DNA of 64,000 nucleotides from positions 60,136 to 124,135 of the forward strand of contig DIHK01000007.1 of NCBI GenBank assembly GCA_002420115.1. Reading direction: 5' to 3'. The position numbers and the translations under genes were made by a program. How positions within the stretch are numbered: position 1 is the first letter of the stretch; each line of letters opens with the position of its first letter. This stretch comes from Nitrospira sp. UBA5698 (GTDB taxonomy: Bacteria; Nitrospirota; Nitrospiria; Nitrospirales; Nitrospiraceae). The notes under the pieces were generated by a model. That model searched no databases, had not been told where the DNA came from, and saw nothing but the letters and a program-made list of their open reading frames with translations. Below, one piece after another: positions 48,150 to 57,428 of this stretch.

Positions 48150-48968
48150 ATGAAGCAATATCGGGTAAAACCAGGTGGCCAGCTCTCATTAAAACAGTAT
48201 GATCCAGCTGACACCGGCGACTACAAACAAAACGATCAAGGTAAGGAAAAGGCCAAAGCGGAGACAGCCAAGCTCATCGCCAGCCTCGATGGACTCCAAG
48301 AGCGACTCTATGCCAACGCCACTCGATCTCTCCTCATTGTGCTGCAGGGAATGGATACGAGCGGAAAAGACGGAACCATCAAGAGTGTGATGTCTGGAGT
48401 GAATCCGCAAGGCTGTAAGGTAGTGGCGTTCAAGGCGCCGTCTAAGGATGAATTGGCTCATGACTTTCTCTGGCGCGTGCACCGTGAAGTCCCTCCTAAA
48501 GGCTACATCGGGATCTTTAATCGTTCCCATTACGAAGACGTCTTGATTACCCGAGTGCACGGTTGGGTATCTGGCAAAGCGGTCAAGCGCCGCTTCGACC
48601 AAATCAAGGAATTCGAGGAGTTGCTGACTGAGAGTGGCACGACCGTGCTCAAGTTTTTTCTCCATATCTCAAAGGACGAACAGAAAGAGAGGCTGACGGC
48701 CCGTATTACCGATCCGGAAAAACGCTGGAAATGGAATTCGGGAGATCTGGAGGAGCGGAAGTTGTGGAATGAGTATCTCAAGGCGTTCGAAGATGTCATG
48801 TCGGCGACCAGTACCGACTGCGCCCCTTGGTACATTGTCCCAGCCAACCGGAAATGGTACCGCAATCTCGTGGTCGCGGATCGCATCGTGAATGTATTGG
48901 AGAACATGAAACTCAAGACACCTCCAGCGCCGGACGGTGTGGATTTCAGTAAACTCAGAATCGTGTAG
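48150..48968 (+). CDS. ppk2: Polyphosphate kinase 2 (class III-like)
   Basis: QGMDTSGKDG, FNRSHYEDV, APWYIVPA. Confidence 0.9.
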   Translation: MKQYRVKPGGQLSLKQYDPADTGDYKQNDQGKEKAKAETAKLIASLDGLQERLYANATRSLLIVLQGMDTSGKDGTIKSVMSGVNPQGCKVVAFKAPSKDELAHDFLWRVHREVPPKGYIGIFNRSHYEDVLITRVHGWVSGKAVKRRFDQIKEFEELLTESGTTVLKFFLHISKDEQKERLTARITDPEKRWKWNSGDLEERKLWNEYLKAFEDVMSATSTDCAPWYIVPANRKWYRNLVVADRIVNVLENMKLKTPPAPDGVDFSKLRIV

Positions 48969-49089
48969 TGCGCGGCCAAGGCAGTGGGTGAAGTGCCGTG
49001 ACGGACGCTTGGTCATGGGTGAGGCGTGAAGCAAGGAGGAGCGTGGCAGGATCGCCGCGCTCCTCCTTGCTGTTTGCGGGGACTGTTTC

Positions 49090-49530
49090 ATGAACTGGAT
49101 TATGCTGACATGGTGCTTGCGGCTCCTAACCGGTGGTGTGCTTCTGGCCTCGGCTTTGGGAAAGTCACTTGACCTTCAGGGGTTTGCCGACGTGTTGGTC
49201 ACCTATCGTCTGTTCCCAGACTGGTCTCTCTGGCTGCTGGCGCTTAGGATCACGGGGATCGAGTGGGGGCTGACTGCCTGGATTCTTGTCGGATGGCGAT
49301 TGCCGACGGGGGCACTCTTGGCGATGATGTTGAACAGTCTCTACGCCATAGGGCTCATCGTTACGCTCTTTCGCGGCCTCGATCTTCCGAACTGTGGATG
49401 CTATGGCGTATTTTTCCCACAACCGTTGCGGTGGTATTCTCCACTCGAAGACCTTGCGCTGGCTGGCATTTGCTATGCATTGTATGTCGGTGCTCAGGTG
49501 AGTCGTACGACGCTTGACACGGTTTCCTAA
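49090..49530 (+). CDS. MauE/DoxX-family membrane protein
   Basis: TM helices, RGLDLPNCGCYG. Confidence 0.85.
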   Translation: MNWIMLTWCLRLLTGGVLLASALGKSLDLQGFADVLVTYRLFPDWSLWLLALRITGIEWGLTAWILVGWRLPTGALLAMMLNSLYAIGLIVTLFRGLDLPNCGCYGVFFPQPLRWYSPLEDLALAGICYALYVGAQVSRTTLDTVS

Positions 49531-50065
49531 TAGGCGTAAGGAAACAGGTGCGGCCCATCTATCAATCGAAGTTCGAGAGATCGGGTAGACCGCGCGGCTG
49601 CCATCCAGGTCTCTCGATGACGTCATCATGAGAGGAGGGTGGACATGGACGACACAACGCCACCTGGCCCATCAGGCCCACCGATGCCGGAGTGGGTTTC
49701 TCATCGATTCTGCTGACCGACTTTTTCGCAAGGCGTGCCATTGAGGCACAAGGTGTCCTTCACGAGAAGGCGAACAGCCATTGAGCGGAGAAATATTCGG
49801 GGCAGAAAGTAGGCAATCTCCAGGGAGTGATGAGCTCTTCCCTGGTTGGAAACCCAAGGATCCCAACGATCGCGTGGGTCTCGTGGGCCGCGACAACACA
49901 GAATAAAGTCGGCGTCCTAAGCGCCAAGTCACGGGCGACCTCCCACCTCAGTGCAAGGTCGCCCGTTCTTTTTTTGAATCCTCATCAGGCACACCTCTTA
50001 ATCGACGCACACAAGAGTCCCCGGTAGGCGTTTCTTTTTTCGGACAGCTGCCCTACCATAGGGCG

Positions 50066-51064
50066 ATGGGTGAAAAGAAACCTAAGAACCCACCGTTGTC
50101 CAAGGGGACCAGACGTCGTCAGAAACCGGGTGGAAGCTCTATAGGATTGGCCGCTGGTGAATTACAGGCTGCAGCGCCGCCCGGAGCTGTGGCTGAGCTT
50201 CATCAGCAGATAGAAACCGATGGAGGGAGAGTGCTCTCGGCCTACCGGGAACCGTATGGCGGACGTTGGCTGGTCTTGGCTGCCCTCCCGATCGAGTTGG
50301 TTCAACCGACGCCCTACCAGCGTAACATCTCCGACACGCATGTGCGAAAACTGGAAGGAGTGATCGGAAAAATCGGCCGTTTTCTCGATCCCATTATTAC
50401 CGTTCGAATTGCAAAGTCTGATCATGCGGCGAAATATTGGACACCGAACGGCAATCATCGCTTGTCCGCAATGCGGACGCTGGGAGCGAAGAGCATCATT
50501 GCCATCGTGGTACCTGAGGCATCCGCTGCCTATCAAATTCTCGCACTGAATACGGAAAAGGCCCATAACCTTCGTGAGAAAGCCTTGGAAGTCATCCGGA
50601 TGTATCGAGAGCTGGTACAGCTCGATCAGGTCACAGAAGAAACCTATGCTTTGGAGTTCGAGGAGCCGGCATTGATCACGTTGGGGATCTGTTATGAAGA
50701 ACGACCTCGATTCAGTGGCGGGGCGTACCATCCGGTGCTGAAGCGGGTGGACGAGTTTCTACAGAAACCCATGATGACGGCGTTAAGCATTCGTCAGCAA
50801 CGTGGTAAGTCCGTTCTAGCGCTGGATGATCTGATTATCAAACAGGTCGAAGCCCTCAAAGCCAAGGGGCTGACCAGTCCCTATCTCAAGAGCTTTGTCG
50901 TGGCTCGTGTGAATCCGATGCGGTTCCGTCCCAGAGATGCCCCGTCCTTGTCGTTCGATGAAGCCCTTGATCGAATGACCCAGGCTGCGACCAAGTTCAA
51001 TCCTGAGAAAATCAAAATGGACGATCTGGCGAAGTCTGGGGGAGTCCCGGACGAGGTTGAGTGA
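50066..51064 (+). CDS. ParB/Srx N-terminal domain protein, orphan
   Basis: TPYQR, GRFLDPI, TPNGNHRL; no parA neighbour. Confidence 0.75.
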   Translation: MGEKKPKNPPLSKGTRRRQKPGGSSIGLAAGELQAAAPPGAVAELHQQIETDGGRVLSAYREPYGGRWLVLAALPIELVQPTPYQRNISDTHVRKLEGVIGKIGRFLDPIITVRIAKSDHAAKYWTPNGNHRLSAMRTLGAKSIIAIVVPEASAAYQILALNTEKAHNLREKALEVIRMYRELVQLDQVTEETYALEFEEPALITLGICYEERPRFSGGAYHPVLKRVDEFLQKPMMTALSIRQQRGKSVLALDDLIIKQVEALKAKGLTSPYLKSFVVARVNPMRFRPRDAPSLSFDEALDRMTQAATKFNPEKIKMDDLAKSGGVPDEVE

Positions 51065-51160
51065 GATTGCTCCAAAGAGTTTGCTCTTCGTCCGTCGTCT
51101 TGTTTATACGCTGAGATCCCCTTTAGAATAATTTGTTGAGCGTGCTGCAAGGAGGACATT

Positions 51161-51511
51161 ATGAGTCTCGCGGATAATAAGTGTGTGCCCTGTCGTGGGG
51201 GCGTACCCCCCGTGTCACATGATCGTGCTCAGGCCTTGCTGAAAGAGTTGGGCCGAGGGTGGGCACTCAATGCCCAAGGCCATCTCGAACGGCTCTTTAC
51301 CTTCCCAGACTTTGCGCAAGCGCTGGCGTTTGTGAATAAGGTGAGTGCAATTGCGGAGACGGAAGGCCACCATCCTGATCTGTATTTAGCCTGGGGTAAG
51401 TGCAAGGTTGAGATCTGGACGCACAAGATCAACGGGCTGACCGAGAGCGACTTCTATCTAGCAGCCAAGGCCGATAGAGAATTCGAGCCGTTCAGGGCGA
51501 CAGCAGGCTAA
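51161..51511 (+). CDS. Pterin-4a-carbinolamine dehydratase
   Basis: EGHHPD, WTHKINGLTESDF. Confidence 0.92.
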   Translation: MSLADNKCVPCRGGVPPVSHDRAQALLKELGRGWALNAQGHLERLFTFPDFAQALAFVNKVSAIAETEGHHPDLYLAWGKCKVEIWTHKINGLTESDFYLAAKADREFEPFRATAG

Positions 51512-51551
51512 GCGACGTACAGTTTTCTACAATGAATGTACGAGGCCTCAG

Positions 51552-53402
51552 ATGAGTGACCAGGCACAAGTGGCGCTCGTCAATATGCCGTTCAGCTATG
51601 CCAAGTATCCCTCCATTCAACTCGGCACGCTCTCTGCCTTGCTCAAGTCCAACGGAATTCCCGTCGACTGTCACCATTTGAATGTTCGGTTTGCTCACCT
51701 GATCGGCGTTGAGCTGCATGAATCCATCTGCGAGAAACGTGCACTTTTTGGCGAGTGGCTGTTCTCTTACTTGCTCTTTAAAGAGAACCCGAAGCGGGCA
51801 GAGTACCCACAGATCTTCAAGCCGGTCTTCGAACAGGCGGCGCAAGAGAGTGGTAGGCCGATCGGCTATTTTGAGGAGATGGCCACCCGCATCGCACCTC
51901 AATTCTTAACATGGGCGCTGCGGTCGATCGATTGGGGGCAGTACAAACTGGTTGGCTTTACGTCAACATTCGATCAGAACGTCGCCAGCCTCACGATGGC
52001 CAAACTTATCAAGGATCTGTATCCAGAGGCGACGATCGTCTTTGGCGGGGCCAACTTCGACGGCGAGATGGGGCTGGAACATTTCAGGGCGTTTCCCTTC
52101 ATTGACCACGTTGTGGTCGGGGAGGGGGAAGACAGCTTCTTGCCGCTGGTCCGCCAGATTCTGGCTGGTAAGAAGAGTAATTATCCCAATGGAGTGACCT
52201 ATCGAGAGGGGGACAAGATTATGCTGACCCCGAATGCGTCGCTCTTTTCCGATTTTACCAAGACCGGCCCGCCTGATTACGACGATTACTATCAGCTGCT
52301 CACCGAGCTAGGCGGCAAGGCACAGGGGCTCGATCGAATCCTCTTGTACGAAGGCTCGCGTGGTTGTTGGTGGGGAGAGAAACATCACTGTACGTTTTGT
52401 GGGCTCAATGCGCAGAGCATGAAGTTCCGAGCGAAGAAGCCGGCCCAGGTCTTAGCAGAGATTGCTGAGCTCTCCCAGCGCTACGATGCCGTTCGGTTTC
52501 GGTTGGTCGACAACATCATCGACATGGGGTACATCGACAATCTGTTCGGCAAACTGGCAGAAGATCATTGTGATCTGGACGTGTTCATTGAAACGAAGAG
52601 CAATCTGCAGAAGCGCCAGATCAAAACGTTGGCTGCCGGTGGAGTGAAGTGCATGCAGCCGGGGTTGGAAAGTTTGAGTCTCAATCAGCTTCGTGCAATG
52701 GACAAGGGCGCCACGCCGATGCAGAATATCGTCTGCCTCAAGTGGAGCCTCTACTATCACGTGATGGTTTCGTGGAATATCTTGCTGGGCTTTCCTGGAG
52801 AGACGAACGAGGACTACCATCGCCAGCTTGAGCTGATTCCGTCACTGTTCCATCTCCAGCCACCCGAAGCAACCGGCAAGTTCTGGCTGCAGCGGTTTAG
52901 CCCCTACTTCACCAGACCACATGAATATGGTGTCCGGATCACCGGGCCAGGCATGGCCTATGAGTATATATACGACGCCCGGCAAGTCGATCTGAAGAAG
53001 GTCGCCTACGACTTTGAACATGAATTGGATGACTGGCCAGTGGATCCCTATCTGTATCAAGAACTGGTTGCTGCAATTGAAGGCTGGCAGCGAATGCATA
53101 GGTTGGGAGACACGCCCTTCCTGTATTACTCCAAAGCGCCGAACTACATCACGATCTATGATGGGCGTAATCCGAAAGAGCCGACTCGTCGACGATATGA
53201 AGGGTTGGCGGCACTCGTCATCGAAATCTGCAACGAGTCAGGGAAAAGCGTCGAGCAGATCCGAACAGCAGCGACGGACAAAACCGAGTGCAGTGAGACG
53301 ATCCTCAAGCCAATCCTCAACGATCTCATGGCTTCACGGATTCTCTACGAAGAGCGCGGCAAGTATTTCACTCTGGCGGTCCCTGAAAATTCACATCTCT
53401 GA
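51552..53402 (+). CDS. B12-binding radical SAM enzyme, RiPP-maturation type
   Basis: PSIQLGTL, FTSTFDQ, GGANFDGEMG, SRGCWWGEKHHCTFCGLN, QPGLES. Confidence 0.88.
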   Translation: MSDQAQVALVNMPFSYAKYPSIQLGTLSALLKSNGIPVDCHHLNVRFAHLIGVELHESICEKRALFGEWLFSYLLFKENPKRAEYPQIFKPVFEQAAQESGRPIGYFEEMATRIAPQFLTWALRSIDWGQYKLVGFTSTFDQNVASLTMAKLIKDLYPEATIVFGGANFDGEMGLEHFRAFPFIDHVVVGEGEDSFLPLVRQILAGKKSNYPNGVTYREGDKIMLTPNASLFSDFTKTGPPDYDDYYQLLTELGGKAQGLDRILLYEGSRGCWWGEKHHCTFCGLNAQSMKFRAKKPAQVLAEIAELSQRYDAVRFRLVDNIIDMGYIDNLFGKLAEDHCDLDVFIETKSNLQKRQIKTLAAGGVKCMQPGLESLSLNQLRAMDKGATPMQNIVCLKWSLYYHVMVSWNILLGFPGETNEDYHRQLELIPSLFHLQPPEATGKFWLQRFSPYFTRPHEYGVRITGPGMAYEYIYDARQVDLKKVAYDFEHELDDWPVDPYLYQELVAAIEGWQRMHRLGDTPFLYYSKAPNYITIYDGRNPKEPTRRRYEGLAALVIEICNESGKSVEQIRTAATDKTECSETILKPILNDLMASRILYEERGKYFTLAVPENSHL

Positions 53403-53416
53403 TCGACACTGCGCCC

Positions 53417-53749
53417 TTACATCGAGAGTTTCTCGGCCACCTTCCTCATCTGCACGCCATGGACGAGTGACGCGCCGCCGCGGATGGCGCAGGCCACGTG
53501 GACGGCTTCCGTCATTTCTTCTATGTTTGATCCCTTTTCCAGCGACGCCTGCGTATACGCATCAATACAGTAAGGACATTGCACGGTGTGGGCGACGGCC
53601 AGGGCAATGAGTGCCTTCTCTCGTTCGGTCAGTGCGCCTTCAGTAAATACCGCATCGTAGTAGCTCTTGAACTTTTCCCACAAGGCAGTATTGCCTTTCC
53701 CAATTTCAGCAAACTTGCCTAAATCATGCGAATGGTAATACGAGTCCAT
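53417..53749 (-). CDS. AhpD/carboxymuconolactone decarboxylase family peroxidase-like protein
   Basis: EKALIALAVAHTVQCPYCIDAY. Confidence 0.88.
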   Translation of the reverse strand: MDSYYHSHDLGKFAEIGKGNTALWEKFKSYYDAVFTEGALTEREKALIALAVAHTVQCPYCIDAYTQASLEKGSNIEEMTEAVHVACAIRGGASLVHGVQMRKVAEKLSM

Positions 53750-53802
53750 GGGAACCTCCTCTGTCGATCGGATAGGAAGAGAAAAAGCGAGGGGCGGAAC
53801 GG

Positions 53803-54084
53803 TTAGGCATTGCCGGGAGGGATCGGGTCGATTTGAGCCAGGGCCTTGGAGAATCGCTCACCGACGATGTCGGTTGCCTTCGCCATGAGATCCACCACTT
53901 CTTGCCATTCCGCGGGCAGCAGGTCTTGCTTCAACTGCGGATGGATGGCCCATTGGGCTTCAACCTGTGTGCCTTTGCGGCTGACGAGGACGCGGAGCAA
54001 TTCTACTTCCCAGGTTGGGTCACCCGGATTGTCACTGGACGCTGGGGTATTTGGTTGTTCAGACGGAGGAACGGCGCGTGCCAT
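53803..54084 (-). CDS. Hypothetical protein
   Basis: AAAGGA RBS before ATG 54084. Confidence 0.6.
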   Translation of the reverse strand: MARAVPPSEQPNTPASSDNPGDPTWEVELLRVLVSRKGTQVEAQWAIHPQLKQDLLPAEWQEVVDLMAKATDIVGERFSKALAQIDPIPPGNA

Positions 54085-54181
54085 GAGATCCTTTGTCGCT
54101 AAATCGTAGGAACAGCATACCGTATCCTCAGTTGGATTGTATATCCGTGTGACGGACAAGCGGTGTGGATTTCCTGTGGTT

Positions 54182-54991
54182 TCACGTCTGGTGCGGTGCT
54201 TGGTTCAAGAGGGTGAGCATCGCCTCGTGGATCCGTCCGTTACTGGCCACGAGCTCTTGCCCATAGATTGAGAGATCCTTTCCGCTGAAATCAGTCAAGC
54301 GCCCGCCGGCTTCACGCGCGATGACTGAGCCAGCGGCCATATCCCATGGGTTGAGTCGCACTTCCCAGAATCCGTCAAACCGCCCTGCCGCCACATAGCA
54401 CAGGTCCAAAGCCGCTGACCCTGTCCGTCTGAGCCCCTGAGCCTTCAAGGCAAATTTCACAAAATGATCGAGGTTGTTCCGCTTGGTTTCTCGGATGTCG
54501 TAGGCGAAACCGGTGACGAGGAGGCTACCGTCGAGAGCCTGTGTGTTGGACACATGGATGGGCCGACCGTTTACACATGCCCCACGATGTTCCATGGCCG
54601 TAAACAGTTCATTCCGGGATGGGTCAAAGACAACACCGATGATACACCGCCCCTCGTACTCGAGGCCAATGGAAACGCAATATGCGGGATAGCCATGCGC
54701 AAAATTCGTGGTCCCGTCGAGTGGATCGATGATCCACCGATAAGGGGAGGATCCTTCCTCGTCACGACCACGCTCTTCGGCTAGAAAACGATGATCGGGG
54801 AAACGAGTCTTCAGATGATCGATCACGCACTGTTCAGCGGCACGGTCGGCATCGGTGACCAGATTGATGGGATTTTTGTATTCGATCTGAAAGCCTGTTT
54901 CGGCATAGCGCAGTAATAGGGCTCCAGCTGCTTGACTCGCTTCGACCGCAGCTTGGAGCAGGATGTCGTGTGGTGGTGATTCGGGAGGCAT
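54182..54991 (-). CDS. suhB: Inositol monophosphatase family protein (SuhB)
   Basis: VTDAD, WIIDPLDGTTNF, RRTGSAALDL, PWDMAAG. Confidence 0.92.
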   Translation of the reverse strand: MPPESPPHDILLQAAVEASQAAGALLLRYAETGFQIEYKNPINLVTDADRAAEQCVIDHLKTRFPDHRFLAEERGRDEEGSSPYRWIIDPLDGTTNFAHGYPAYCVSIGLEYEGRCIIGVVFDPSRNELFTAMEHRGACVNGRPIHVSNTQALDGSLLVTGFAYDIRETKRNNLDHFVKFALKAQGLRRTGSAALDLCYVAAGRFDGFWEVRLNPWDMAAGSVIAREAGGRLTDFSGKDLSIYGQELVASNGRIHEAMLTLLNQAPHQT

Positions 54992-55198
54992 AGGCACGCC
55001 CGATTGTAACATGACCGGACTTGCGGCCAAGGAAAATCCTGCTACTCTTGCCAAGGCAAGTCTTACGCTCAGCAACCATCAAAGTATTACTTGCTTGCAA
55101 GAAACAGAACTGAATAGGCAATGTATTATTCAAATCATAAATCTTGACATGGTTTCTAAGCAATGATATAAAGCAAGCATGCTTTTCGAGAGGAACTT

Positions 55199-55714
55199 GT
55201 GGAGGAATTAACAGATATACTCGTTGGCCTGGAGCAACGGATCAACGCCTATAAGAGTCGGTATCAGGAGCTTGAGAAGAAACGACGCCGGCTCGATGAC
55301 GAGATTGCCACCATCAAGAAATATCTCGAACTTGCTGAAACGCTCTATCGAGTTGAGGCCGACAAGGCCAAGCTTGCCAGCCTGTCCAATCAAATCATTA
55401 CCACCGATGATCCTAAGGGGATTCGCCCGGTTCCTCTTATGGACGTGACCGATCAGTCCCGAGAAATTCTCCTTGGACGGAGTAAGTATGTGGGGAAGAG
55501 CGTTCCCCAGGCCGCCTATGAAATACTCCGGGAGTCCAATCGAGCCATGCATGCAAAGGAACTCGTTCAGCGGTTGATCGAGGGCGGGTTACAGATCAAA
55601 GGGAAAACTCCCCTGACGTCAATTGCCACCTCGCTCAAGCGCGACAAGCGATTCAGAAAAGTGGGTCCCAATACGTTCGAAGCTTTAGGCGATATGCTGA
55701 TTCAAGCTGTCTAG
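55199..55714 (+). CDS. Coiled coil + winged-HTH (HARE-HTH-like) protein
   Basis: AAYEILRESNRAMHAKELVQRL..GKTPLTSIATSL..F..GPNTF. Confidence 0.7.
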   Translation: MEELTDILVGLEQRINAYKSRYQELEKKRRRLDDEIATIKKYLELAETLYRVEADKAKLASLSNQIITTDDPKGIRPVPLMDVTDQSREILLGRSKYVGKSVPQAAYEILRESNRAMHAKELVQRLIEGGLQIKGKTPLTSIATSLKRDKRFRKVGPNTFEALGDMLIQAV

Positions 55715-55764
55715 CGGGTGCTACTCATGGGCCAAACTGGATAATGCGAAGGGGGGTGAGACTC

Positions 55765-55806
55765 TTGGCAACGAAGAAGGCAGCAGCGAAGAAGAAGAAG
55801 AAGTAA
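55765..55806 (+). CDS. 13-aa Lys-rich micropeptide MATKKAAAKKKKK
   Basis: TTG start after AAGGGGGGTGA SD; followed by a strong hairpin. Confidence 0.5.
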   Translation: MATKKAAAKKKKK

Positions 55807-55823
55807 CCCCAAAGTGATGTGAT

Positions 55824-55855
55824 ACGCCGGGGGTGAGGTTCCTCGCCCCCGGCGT
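55824..55855. terminator. Strong GC hairpin between convergent genes
   Basis: ACGCCGGGGGTGAGG-TT-CCTCGCCCCCGGCGT; no long U tract. Confidence 0.65.
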
Positions 55856-55941
55856 ACCATCCTGTGCGATGTTCTTGATTGCGCCGTGCGTCCTACCGAC
55901 AGACCACAACTCACTAGACAGTAGAAAAAGCGTCAATGAGT

Positions 55942-56871
55942 CTACGAGGCCTGAAGTGCTACGGCTGGTTGACGCGAAGTGCTGTACGGATTTGAATGCA
56001 CTGCTACCTCTGAAGACTCTGCATTCAGAAGCACCCACGTGTCTGGCTGGGACAGGATTTGCTGGACGAGCCGGGTATGGAGTGCATGTCCTGACCGGTC
56101 AGCGACGATGTGCCCGATGAAGGGCATTCCTAAGAGCGAAAAATCCCCGATCAGATCCAGGATCTTATGACGGACAAACTCATCGTCAAAACGAAGGCCT
56201 GATTGATTCACGATACCGTCGCCGGAGAGGACGACTGTATTGTCGAGGGTCCCGCCTTTTCCGAGCCCACGAGCCCATAAGGCTTGAACCTCTTGGAGAA
56301 AGCCGAATGTGCGGGCTTCCGCAATTTCATTCTCAAATGTGCCGACCGAGCAATCATAGTCGTACGTCTGTGTCTTGATCAGCGGGTGATCGTAGTGAAT
56401 CGAATAGGTAATACGGGGAGTGGGGGATGGCTCGATCCGCACCCGCTTTGATCCGTCGGTGATTTCAATCGGTGCCATGATCTTGAGAAATGACTGTTTT
56501 CGTCCTTGCGACACGATACCGGCAGACTGAATGAGTCTGACGAATGGTGCGGCGCTTCCATCCATAACCGGCACCTCAGTGGCGGTCACCTCAATGAAGG
56601 CGTTATCGATATCCATGCCTGACAGAGCTGCTAATAAATGCTCAATGGTTTGGACCTGAAACCCATTCCCTTTGATAGCGGTGCACAGCTCGGTAGGGAT
56701 TTTATGCTCAATGGAAACGGGAAGATATGCATCAACGTCTGCACTACGATTAACGAAAACGATGCCGGTGTCTGGTGGGGCGGGCCGCAGCGTGATTGAC
56801 GCGGATTGCCCTGAGTGTAGCCCGACGCCGGAGCAGGTGACCGTTGATGCTAAGGTTTGTTGATTCCGCAC
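55942..56871 (-). CDS. lpxC: UDP-3-O-acyl-GlcNAc deacetylase
   Basis: GVGLHSG, TIEHLLAAL, PVMDGSA, HKILDLIGD, GHALH. Confidence 0.97.
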   Translation of the reverse strand: MRNQQTLASTVTCSGVGLHSGQSASITLRPAPPDTGIVFVNRSADVDAYLPVSIEHKIPTELCTAIKGNGFQVQTIEHLLAALSGMDIDNAFIEVTATEVPVMDGSAAPFVRLIQSAGIVSQGRKQSFLKIMAPIEITDGSKRVRIEPSPTPRITYSIHYDHPLIKTQTYDYDCSVGTFENEIAEARTFGFLQEVQALWARGLGKGGTLDNTVVLSGDGIVNQSGLRFDDEFVRHKILDLIGDFSLLGMPFIGHIVADRSGHALHTRLVQQILSQPDTWVLLNAESSEVAVHSNPYSTSRQPAVALQAS

Positions 56872-56927
56872 AAGTCCTCCCTCGTTAGAGCTTCATTTCG
56901 AAGGCATCATTCGACCCAAAAGATACT

Positions 56928-56943
56928 AGCAATTAAAGTGCCA
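56928..56943 (-). promoter_or_regulatory. Sigma54 (-24/-12) promoter of lpxC
   Basis: TGGCACTTTAATTGCT matches TGGCAC-N5-TTGC(A/T) with exact spacing. Confidence 0.75.
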
Positions 56944-57428
56944 CTGTTCGATTAACATAACAGCATGATTTTAAAAGTAAAGTGTTAAATCAATAAAATG
57001 CCATCATGTATCAAAAAAGGCACAACTGTGTATTTCACAATCCGTGAAGTGTGGATAAAAAATAATTTTTTCATGATGAACAAAGAGTTCTCAAAAATTC
57101 ACTAAGGGGACAGGTGGCGTAAGTGGAGATTGCTTGAGCTGAGGGGCGCTGAAGTGGCGCAGAGATAATATTCATATCCTAACACTGTGAGGGACTCGCA
57201 TGGTGGCGCTTTTCGGAACATCATACGTCGGTCTTTCCTCCATAGGCGTGTTTGGGTTTGATGACACTCTATCTGACGCTACTGTCGCCGAAGCGTAAAG
57301 ACCGTTGGCGGTGTGGAGGGAGAGCCCCTCATCGAAAGGGCAAGAGAAAAGCAATTCCATAGTATCGACCGGGTCTTAACTTCTTCATGCAAGAAACCGA
57401 GTAAGAAGCGGAAACGTTCATAAAGGTT

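Noticed and set aside
49645-49716. 23-codon ORF MDDTTPPGPSGPPMPEWVSHRFC with AGGAGG as RiPP precursor
   Set aside because: No recognisable leader or core pattern, 1.8 kb from the radical SAM gene; cannot be supported
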